From contig JAPOKZ010000004.1 of the NCBI GenBank assembly GCA_029977385.1, positions 1-43,835 on the forward strand: a stretch of 43,835 bases of DNA. Direction: 5' to 3'. Made by a program: the position numbers and the translations under genes. This stretch comes from Methanobacteriota archaeon (lineage in GTDB: Archaea; Thermoplasmatota; Poseidoniia; Poseidoniales; Thalassarchaeaceae). The notes under the pieces were generated by a model. That model did no database searches. It saw only the letters and a program-made list of their open reading frames with translations, and had not been told where the DNA came from. This document shows positions 27,881 through 35,451 of this stretch, one piece after another. Position 1 is the first letter of the stretch. Each line of letters opens with the position of its first letter.

Positions 27881-28948
27881 TTGGGCCAGAGGTTCGATTC
27901 TGATGATGTCGGTCTTTCTGACACGCTGCCTTCGAGATTGTACAGGATTTCAGAGCTTCAATGGCACGAATGCTGGTTACAACAGCTCCGCTCGGAAAAA
28001 AAGAGTGCGCACACCATTAGAGCATACGACGTGGCAGCTAGAGCGTTTTCAACCACCTCTCTTCCGGGAGAAGGGGCTCTGGCATGGGGGGATTCTTCCA
28101 GAATTCCAGTGAGAGATTTCCATCTCTTTGCCGATCCAAACAATGGAAGAATGGATGCTTGGATGAATGGACTCGGGGAGCTTAAGCCAGCTACCATTAA
28201 TGCAAAGATTGCTGCCCTAACCCACCTTTTGAAATGGCTCGGTCACATCGTCCCGGACTGGATACAAAGGCCATCTAGAAGTCGGTCTCTTCCGAAGACT
28301 CTGGGCAAAAGAGAGTTGGATAGACTCAGAAGGGCAATCAGCGATTCCGAAGACCCGTTAGCAATGCCCGTATCCACTCTGATGCTAGATACTGGGCTAA
28401 GGGTCTCGGAGCTTTGCGCTCTCGATATTGACGACATAGACAAGGAAGACCTATCGGCGTTGGTGATAGGTGGTAAGGGAGAGAAAGATAGAACCGTACT
28501 ATTCACGAAAAAATCGGTTGAAGTCCTGGAATCATGGGAGCCTATCAGAGAGAGTAGGATCAGGGGGAGCGAAGACTTCGGTCTTAGGGCTATGTTCGTT
28601 TCTAGCAGAGGGCGCAGAATCAACCCTCGCTCGATACAGAAGATGATGGACAGACTAGCTGATGCCGCAGACATCCCGAAGAGCAGGCTTAGCCCCCATA
28701 CACTGAGGCATACTTTCGCTACTGGCCTACTAGAGAGGGGTGCGGACCTGGTCACCATCCAGAGACTTCTAGGACATTCGAGCATAGCAACCACCAGGGT
28801 ATACCTGGAGATAGGAGATCAGACCCTCAGAGAGATTTACCACAGGGCGCAGAGGAGCCCTCCTCCTAGACTGGAATCTGAAACGAATGAGGATGAAGTT
28901 CAGGAGATGGTGGAGAAGTCGGCAGGAAGTATTCCAACGGAGCTCTAG
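27881..28948 (+). CDS. xerA: Tyrosine recombinase XerA-like
   Basis: Full catalytic set: TGLRVSE, GKG, HTLRH, LLGH, TTRVY. Start uncertain (TTG 27881 after GAGGGAG; ORF extends to 27830). Confidence 0.88.
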   Translation: MGQRFDSDDVGLSDTLPSRLYRISELQWHECWLQQLRSEKKSAHTIRAYDVAARAFSTTSLPGEGALAWGDSSRIPVRDFHLFADPNNGRMDAWMNGLGELKPATINAKIAALTHLLKWLGHIVPDWIQRPSRSRSLPKTLGKRELDRLRRAISDSEDPLAMPVSTLMLDTGLRVSELCALDIDDIDKEDLSALVIGGKGEKDRTVLFTKKSVEVLESWEPIRESRIRGSEDFGLRAMFVSSRGRRINPRSIQKMMDRLADAADIPKSRLSPHTLRHTFATGLLERGADLVTIQRLLGHSSIATTRVYLEIGDQTLREIYHRAQRSPPPRLESETNEDEVQEMVEKSAGSIPTEL

Positions 28949-30033
28949 TCAGAGAAGTTTACCTTCCAACCATACTCATCCAAGTGGAACCAGTTCACAA
29001 TGAACTCCTCTTCCTTGTAGGAGAACCAAGCTCTTGTGGGCACAACGCTAGTGTATCGATCATGCTGGACCCTCTTGATCGTATCAGATATTTCCGAGTC
29101 CAGATACGTGAAGCCCTCCCACAGCCTTCCCTTCTTGATTAGGAATTTCTCTTCCTTTGGTTGTTCTTTGAAGTGCATCCCCCTCCAGAGGAAATAAGGC
29201 CAACCATCGCGATCGTCCAATTCTGATATCTTACCGTAAGAGCCCCTCATAGAAGGCCTACTGTCCAGAAGATGGCTGACTACGGGAATCTCGGATCCAT
29301 CTCTTCCCATTCTGATGATTATGTATGCACATGTGTGATACGGCGCCCTTGGGAAGCCATCCTTGGGAAGCATCAGTGGCCTAACGGCACTGAAATCGAT
29401 CTCCTGGAATTCTTCTGTGAGCCTTACAGAGCCTCCAATACCTCCATCCCCCCCATTATGTAGCACGTCTATCTCTCCAAACTCACTGATCCAACCCTGA
29501 TCTGCCTTGACCTCGAGTCTCGCCTCGCTAAGTGGCCAGTCCCAGAACGTCATCGACCTCTCTTTTCGCACAGCAGAGCTAACTCCAGAGAGGTTTGAGC
29601 TAACTTTTCCCTCGAAAGATTTAGGCATTCCAGAGTGGATTCTTGCAATTATTGGAGTTCCTGCGTTTCTCACCTCTACTTGTGCTTCCAGCTGTAGTGG
29701 AGCCTGAAGCCTCTCACTGTCAAATCCAAAAATAATTGAGAACTTGTTTGGCTTTGAGAAAATCTCCTCGCTGGTAATCCTGAGAGCATCGTATCTCTGG
29801 CCCCTTCTTTTGGAGACTATCTCGACGTTCACTAAAGGTTCCTCACCCCCGTCAAGTCCCAAGACCTGCGCAGTACAAGTCAAGTCAGGAAACCTACCAG
29901 AGAGGAAGATTGGTTCGAAGAAGAAGTCTGCAACGTAGGGGTCAATTTCAATTGAGTTCTCCCCTACATCCACGACACACCGTATTCTCCCTAGGTTCTG
30001 CCCAGAATAATCAGGCACAGAAGAATTAGTCAT
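28945..30033 (-). CDS. Hypothetical protein (362 aa)
   Basis: Long ORF with ATG start and a TTCAA box 29 nt upstream. No recognised motif. Confidence 0.7.
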   Translation of the reverse strand: MTNSSVPDYSGQNLGRIRCVVDVGENSIEIDPYVADFFFEPIFLSGRFPDLTCTAQVLGLDGGEEPLVNVEIVSKRRGQRYDALRITSEEIFSKPNKFSIIFGFDSERLQAPLQLEAQVEVRNAGTPIIARIHSGMPKSFEGKVSSNLSGVSSAVRKERSMTFWDWPLSEARLEVKADQGWISEFGEIDVLHNGGDGGIGGSVRLTEEFQEIDFSAVRPLMLPKDGFPRAPYHTCAYIIIRMGRDGSEIPVVSHLLDSRPSMRGSYGKISELDDRDGWPYFLWRGMHFKEQPKEEKFLIKKGRLWEGFTYLDSEISDTIKRVQHDRYTSVVPTRAWFSYKEEEFIVNWFHLDEYGWKVNFSD

Positions 30034-30064
30034 CGATCCGGGGTTGGGATGTGAGTCTTGAATC

Positions 30065-30259
30065 TCACCTTTTTGCAGGGTTCTTCTTGTTACTGCGCTT
30101 CGAGACTGACCCGGGCCCCTTCCACTTCCTACTGGCCCCTTCCTGATATCCCGGGTGCCCCTCTATTGGGCAATGCTTCCCTGACCTGCATCTGCTGCAG
30201 TTATCTGGAGGAGGTCGCTCAACCACCTTCTGTAGCTTCCCATACTTCCGGCGGGGCAT
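30065..30259 (-). CDS. Small basic Cys/His (zinc-finger-like) protein
   Basis: 64 aa, K/R-rich, CSRC...HC...H. Fills the gap between flanking genes. Confidence 0.6.
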   Translation of the reverse strand: MPRRKYGKLQKVVERPPPDNCSRCRSGKHCPIEGHPGYQEGASRKWKGPGSVSKRSNKKNPAKR

Positions 30260-30337
30260 AATTAGTCACTGGAATGGGAGGGACTTAGCGATTACCGTAC
30301 ACGTAACTTTGAACCACTCTCGCTATTTCTGGTTTGC

Positions 30338-31090
30338 ATGGGAGAGCGAGCGGACACTAACAAGGGGCCAGTGGGAGTCAATCCCCAACGTTCAGTACTA
30401 TTCGCACAGGTGAGTGGCTCCGATCCAAGAATGGCTTTCGACGAGGAGGGGACCATGCACCAGTTCGGAACAATGGGCTCATTTGGGAAGGTGTATCTGG
30501 GAGATGTAGCCAGAGCAGCTCTGAGATCACTAGGTACGCATGACCCTCCAGTATTCACCGAGATGCCAAGAGTTGATGAGCAAAGATGGAGGTTAGAATG
30601 CGAGACGGAAGAAATCAGGATGGTCATTTCAAGTTGGCACTACTGGGGATTCGGGCTGTTTGCCAAATGCTTCCTGAACGAGATAGTAATCGAAGGACCT
30701 CTGCAAACCAGAGCCAGATGCGTTATGGACATCGTGGCATCTTTGGGACGTAACCCTTGGGAGCCTGTCCGAGTAAGAGCATTCGAGAGAGCCACATCCG
30801 GAGCGATTTCGGAGCATACCTCAAGTTGGGAGGGTCTAATCTCCGTAGCAAGGGAGAGTATGAGCGACGATATCTCCAGACTGCAGGACTCAATTCACAA
30901 AATGAGAGGGATTGACGAGTCTGGAGATGAGATGCTAGACTCTGCAGATGGGGCTCTTGACAGGGCCAGAGAGGCACTTGCAGACAAGAACGCGCCTGCA
31001 GTAGATAGGGCTCTGAGTAGGGCCTCCAGCGCCATAGTGAGAGCAGATCCGAATTCGGAACTGGGAGCGATGGAGAGGGAACTCCTGTAG
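30338..31090 (+). CDS. Hypothetical protein (250 aa)
   Basis: Long ORF with TTGAA 29 nt upstream of the ATG and a helical C-terminus. Confidence 0.75.
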   Translation: MGERADTNKGPVGVNPQRSVLFAQVSGSDPRMAFDEEGTMHQFGTMGSFGKVYLGDVARAALRSLGTHDPPVFTEMPRVDEQRWRLECETEEIRMVISSWHYWGFGLFAKCFLNEIVIEGPLQTRARCVMDIVASLGRNPWEPVRVRAFERATSGAISEHTSSWEGLISVARESMSDDISRLQDSIHKMRGIDESGDEMLDSADGALDRAREALADKNAPAVDRALSRASSAIVRADPNSELGAMERELL

Positions 31091-31092
31091 AA

Positions 31093-31299
31093 TTAGAATC
31101 CCAGAGTTTCCCACATCCACTTCCAGACGTTGTTGTCAGGGCTAGGCTCGTTAGCAAGGTAGACTACGATGCTGAACACCACACAGACAAGGTAAACAGA
31201 GCCCTTGGAAATCTGTATTGCATCCTCTGACTCCTCGTCAAAGTAGCGAATCAGCCCAGCAGCCTGCTGAATGCCGCTGCCCTTCTTCTCCTTAGCCAT
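31093..31299 (-). CDS. secG: Preprotein translocase subunit Sec61beta
   Basis: GIQQAAGLIRYFDEE followed by a single TM helix. Confidence 0.88.
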   Translation of the reverse strand: MAKEKKGSGIQQAAGLIRYFDEESEDAIQISKGSVYLVCVVFSIVVYLANEPSPDNNVWKWMWETLGF

Positions 31300-31348
31300 C
31301 GAAGCACCGCACCCACAGTCCCTATTTCAAGGCCACTAGAGTGAAATT

Positions 31349-31729
31349 CTACGGTTCTAGGGTCTCAATTAGGACGCAGCCACCGTCCAGTTCCACAATC
31401 ATAGATGCCGCTCCCATTGCAGTTTCTAGCCCTTCAGTCATCAGAATCTCTCTCCTTAGCCCCGCATCTGACTGGAATACTAGTCTGTGGCTAAGCTTAT
31501 CCAGGACGTCCCTGTCAACAACCTGCCAGGTCCATTCTTTCTGGTCCACTGTCATCAGTGCCTCGATGGGTTTCAATGGGCCCGTTGCCTTTCCGAAATC
31601 TCTCGCTCTCTTGACCAAGTCTCCCAACTTCATCTTGGTCCCTATCTCATCTGTCTTTGTTGGTTCTGAGGACTCGTTTGAGATCCTCCTTCTGTATCCG
31701 AATCGTGTCATGTGCATCCCTTGCAGCAA
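31349..31729 (-). CDS. Hypothetical protein
   Basis: 126 aa ORF with protein-like composition, preferred over the overlapping + strand ORF. Start may be at 31711. Confidence 0.6.
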   Translation of the reverse strand: MLQGMHMTRFGYRRRISNESSEPTKTDEIGTKMKLGDLVKRARDFGKATGPLKPIEALMTVDQKEWTWQVVDRDVLDKLSHRLVFQSDAGLRREILMTEGLETAMGAASMIVELDGGCVLIETLEP

Positions 31730-31867
31730 ATGCCGCAGCGGTCGAGCGTATCGAGGGAGGTTTAACCGTTGTCGGTATTCGTAATGACAAATATCCCATT
31801 ATTCCAGTCGATTAGAAATCCCAGAGTCCGACGTGCACTTGATGGATGATGATAATCGCGCATTGCC

Positions 31868-33508
31868 ATGGCAAGCAGGGAGTCGGACTGGAGGTTGGAA
31901 GCAGAGAACAGCATCCTCCTGAAAGCAGTGTCCCATTGGAGAGAGGAACCGGAGAGATGGTTCCAAGGTTCCTACGATAGATTGTCAGAGACCGTCAGAG
32001 TCAATCCTAAGACCGAAGAGAAGGACTGGATCGAGGATTGGCTTTCTGGAATAGGTGCGATTAGAATCCCGTGGTTTTCAGGTCCTGGCAGTGCGTGGGA
32101 GATGCCTTTCGAAAGGGGTGCAGCCGGAGGGGAGGTGAAGAGTATCATGACTGCTCTACATGAAACTGGAAGGATCACTCGGCAAGAGGCAGTTTCGATG
32201 CTCCCAGTGCTGGCTCTTGACCCTCTTCCGGGTCAAGTCGTTCTTGACCTATGCGCTTCTCCTGGCTCGAAGACTACTCAGATATGTGAGCATCTTGGTG
32301 ACTCTGGTGCCGTGATAGCAAACGAAGTAATCAGTGGAAGGGTGAATACCCTGGTAACTAACGTCCAGAGGCATGCATCCAGGACAGCGCTTGTCGTCCA
32401 GCATGACGGGAGGCACATCCCTATGGTCCCAGGTTCTGGGTTCGATGGAGTTCTAGTCGATGTGCCATGCACTGGATCAGGAACCACCAGGAAGAACCCT
32501 GATGTCTGGGGTAAATGGCGACCATCATCCGGCCGTTCACTCCACTCTTTGCAGTACGATCTACTCAGTAGAGCTATTGCAGTAACCAAGCCCGGCGGAA
32601 GAGTCGTCTACTCGACGTGCTCTCTGGACCCAATTGAGAACGAAGCAGTTGTGGCGAGAGTGGTAGCTGGAGGGAAGGTTAGAGTGATCCCCTGCGGAGA
32701 GGCTCTTTCTGAGGTTCCCTGCGTACCGGGGATGGCAAAATGGCCATTACTGAACGATAGAGGGGATTTGGATGAAGAATCCATATCCGAAGAGTACCTA
32801 CTACCGACGAAAGAAGAGTCGGTATCTTCACAGTTGAATGACTGTCTAAGAGTCTGGAACGACGAGATTGGCGGTGGCGGTTTCTTCTTGGCCGTTCTGG
32901 AGAGAATCCAGGAAGAAGATGGTAGCATGATTTTCGACCCAGTACCATCTCAGAAAATATTTGATGATCCTGAGTCTTTCCCTCAGCCGATAGATGAGAA
33001 GCGAGAAAAGGAGCTCAAAGAAGTGTGGGGTTCCGTCCCCTCAAGTATGTGGTCGAGAGGGAAGAGCCTGCTCTGGTCTTCGGACGAAATAAGAAAGATC
33101 TGGGATAATGAAAGAACCAGAAAGAGTGGTAGGGAGTTGATTCCAGGAGGAAGGTGGAGGCCGCTCAAGGTGATTCACTTGGGCCTGATTGCAGCCAGGC
33201 TGAGGAAAGGTAGCTTAGACAGGACAGTATCGAGAGCAGCCAGGAGACTGAGAAAGGAAATCTCAGGTCCGTTCGTTAATGTGGATGAACATGTAATTGA
33301 CGACATTCTCAGAGGTAAAGAACCCCTTAGGTCGGACATAAGTTCACTACAGGATACAGATCGAGGGAGCCGTATACTCGTTGGGCCCAGTGGTTACTGC
33401 CTGGCAGTATGGGTGGGTAGCAGAGTCACCCCCATGGTGAGTCAGTCTGAGAAAATAGTCATGAGGAGCGTTAGAGACTTGTCATTTGAGCCTAAAGAAG
33501 AAGAATAA
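31868..33508 (+). CDS. RsmB/NOP2/NSUN-family RNA m5C methyltransferase
   Basis: QEAVSMLP, DLCASPGSKT, DVPCTGSG, YSTCS; both catalytic cysteines are present. Confidence 0.93.
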   Translation: MASRESDWRLEAENSILLKAVSHWREEPERWFQGSYDRLSETVRVNPKTEEKDWIEDWLSGIGAIRIPWFSGPGSAWEMPFERGAAGGEVKSIMTALHETGRITRQEAVSMLPVLALDPLPGQVVLDLCASPGSKTTQICEHLGDSGAVIANEVISGRVNTLVTNVQRHASRTALVVQHDGRHIPMVPGSGFDGVLVDVPCTGSGTTRKNPDVWGKWRPSSGRSLHSLQYDLLSRAIAVTKPGGRVVYSTCSLDPIENEAVVARVVAGGKVRVIPCGEALSEVPCVPGMAKWPLLNDRGDLDEESISEEYLLPTKEESVSSQLNDCLRVWNDEIGGGGFFLAVLERIQEEDGSMIFDPVPSQKIFDDPESFPQPIDEKREKELKEVWGSVPSSMWSRGKSLLWSSDEIRKIWDNERTRKSGRELIPGGRWRPLKVIHLGLIAARLRKGSLDRTVSRAARRLRKEISGPFVNVDEHVIDDILRGKEPLRSDISSLQDTDRGSRILVGPSGYCLAVWVGSRVTPMVSQSEKIVMRSVRDLSFEPKEEE

Positions 33509-33557
33509 ATCATAATTTCTAGTCAAACGTTCATTTCTTAGTGAGTCAAGATAGAAT

Positions 33558-33585
33558 ATGTTCATGAGCCGTGTAATCTGAACAT
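33558..33585. promoter_or_regulatory. Inverted repeat ATGTTCA-N14-TGAACAT upstream of the Lrp gene (candidate operator)
   Basis: Perfect 7-bp arms in an AT-rich intergenic region, overlapping the probable promoter. Confidence 0.4.
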
Positions 33586-33602
33586 GATGCCTCGGTGAAG
33601 GC

Positions 33603-34046
33603 ATGGACGACGTGGACAAGAAGATACTCGGAGTTCTGGAGGCAGACGCTAGGACCTCACTCAGGAAGATCGCAGAGGAGGTGGGGGTTGCTCTGGGAAC
33701 GGTGAGCAACAGAGTGAGAAGACTGGAGAGTCTTGGAGTCATCAGGGGGTACACAGTTCTGCTAGACCCGGACAAGGCTGGTTGGGGCCTGAGCGTGGTA
33801 ATAGGGTTGAGAATTGAGAAGGGTCGACTGATAGAGATACAGGAGAAAATAGCGAAGGATAACAGGGTCTACGGCGTCTATGATGTGACTGGCGACTACG
33901 ACTCAATGGTCCTAGCTAGAGGTAAAGACAGGGATGACTTGGACGACCTAATCAAGAACGTTCTGAGCATGTCGGGAATCGAGCGTTCTGTCACTCACCT
34001 TGTCCTAAATTCAGTGAAGGAGATGCCCCCCTCCGTCCCAGAGTGA
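33603..34046 (+). CDS. Lrp/AsnC-family transcriptional regulator
   Basis: DDVDKKILGVLEADARTSLRKIAEEVG...RVRRLESLGVIRGY and VYDVTGDYD. Confidence 0.95.
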   Translation: MDDVDKKILGVLEADARTSLRKIAEEVGVALGTVSNRVRRLESLGVIRGYTVLLDPDKAGWGLSVVIGLRIEKGRLIEIQEKIAKDNRVYGVYDVTGDYDSMVLARGKDRDDLDDLIKNVLSMSGIERSVTHLVLNSVKEMPPSVPE

Positions 34047-34053
34047 CAGATTA

Positions 34054-34575
34054 TTAGATCTCCAAGACGATCCGTTGAATCAATGGAATCAGAGATGGGG
34101 CGTGAGCAAGCAGTGACTCGACAGTCCTCCCCTCCGGTTTCATCGCCCTCATCAGGACGTCTCGGAGATTCTCATCGACTGGGCAATCCATAGACATTAG
34201 ACGCTCCCTGATCGATGACTGTATCCTACCTCCGGTCCTATCCCAGTCCATCAGCAGAATCACTGAAGGGGAGCCATCAAGAGTTGGTTCCGAGCAGTAT
34301 TCAGAATGCAGGTAGGCGATTAGCCTTGACCTGTCCCAACCCCTGTTCACCTTCTCAATGGGGCCAGTGAATCCGAGAGCCCTGAGAGTGTCTTCGTCCC
34401 TTGTTCCCTCGACTACCACTGGGATTCCAGCACCCCCCAGACTGACCTCCCTGTTCCTGACAATACAACTTGCTAGTGCTTTGGCTGCCTTTTCGAAACG
34501 AGTAATTCGATCTGAGCTTCCTGCGAAATTGTCTCTCTTTCCCCCCCAATCTGGCAATGAAATATCTTCAGTCAT
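34054..34575 (-). CDS. Stand-alone TOPRIM-domain protein
   Basis: VVVEGTRD and LLMDWDRTG (conserved Glu and DxD). Confidence 0.85.
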   Translation of the reverse strand: MTEDISLPDWGGKRDNFAGSSDRITRFEKAAKALASCIVRNREVSLGGAGIPVVVEGTRDEDTLRALGFTGPIEKVNRGWDRSRLIAYLHSEYCSEPTLDGSPSVILLMDWDRTGGRIQSSIRERLMSMDCPVDENLRDVLMRAMKPEGRTVESLLAHAPSLIPLIQRIVLEI

Positions 34576-34716
34576 TTCGAAACCCCTGAAAGGTGCTGGG
34601 AGGAAAATCTCATGCCTTCTCTTCTAGTAGTTTTGACTAAATGATACGGTCCGCGGCAGAAGACCTACCCGCGACCCTTATCAGGTGATTTTCACCCGAA
34701 AGAGACAGAGATAGCC

Positions 34717-35439
34717 ATGTCAGTGATGACTCCAATCTTCGCAGGCCTGTGGGATCACTATATTTTCTGGTCCTTAATTGTCGGAGGATTTGCTTTCGGG
34801 TGGCTTTACCACCACTCCTTCTGGTTCACTTCAAAGGACGGAGAAAAGCTCCCAAACGTTGACGAGATAAAAATCGGGGTTTTCCCGAGGCACAATGACG
34901 ATATGCGGCTAGAAGTAGCTTGGACGGTCCTCCCGTTCATTCTAATCGTCTGGCTGACCTACTACTCATGGGGCCCACTGGATGCAATGTGGACGTCCGC
35001 AGATGGAGGTATTCACGGACATGAGTGCGAGGAAGGACAATTCTCGAATAACACCATGGACAGTTCCGGTATAATTTCCTCAGAGTGCTACCATGTGATA
35101 GAAATCACGGGTCAACAGTGGTTCTGGAGCTTTGATTGCCTAGAGCTTGGTACAAGCATCTGCGACACAGGAACTGAAACAATGGAGGTATACGGAAGTG
35201 TTCCCGTGCTAAGTCTGAAGAAGGGCGAGACGTACTTAGCAACCATGACTTCGATAGACGTGACGCACGCACCTTGGTTCCAACATCTTGGGACCAAGGA
35301 AGACACATTGCCTGGCCAACAGACCACTCTTTGGCTCCCAATCCCAGACTCGATGACCGATGAATCCATGGTCCTGTGCGCAGAATACTGTGGAGACGCT
35401 CACTCGGTCATGGCGGCCAAGCTGATTGCTCACAACTAA
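34717..35439 (+). CDS. coxB: Heme-copper oxidase subunit II (CuA)
   Basis: LEVAWTVLP, GQQWFWSF, DVTH, CAEYCGDAHSVM. Confidence 0.93.
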   Translation: MSVMTPIFAGLWDHYIFWSLIVGGFAFGWLYHHSFWFTSKDGEKLPNVDEIKIGVFPRHNDDMRLEVAWTVLPFILIVWLTYYSWGPLDAMWTSADGGIHGHECEEGQFSNNTMDSSGIISSECYHVIEITGQQWFWSFDCLELGTSICDTGTETMEVYGSVPVLSLKKGETYLATMTSIDVTHAPWFQHLGTKEDTLPGQQTTLWLPIPDSMTDESMVLCAEYCGDAHSVMAAKLIAHN

Positions 35440-35451
35440 GGTGGAGTCAAA

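Noticed and set aside
27830-28948. Tyrosine recombinase as the integrase of a provirus or island
   Set aside because: It is flanked mostly by housekeeping genes, and I saw no att repeats, tRNA fragments or viral genes. Chromosomal XerA fits better. I could not identify a dif site.
31845-31860. ATGATGA as the C box of a C/D guide RNA
   Set aside because: No matching D/D' boxes (CTGA) or terminal stem at a suitable spacing in the intergenic region.
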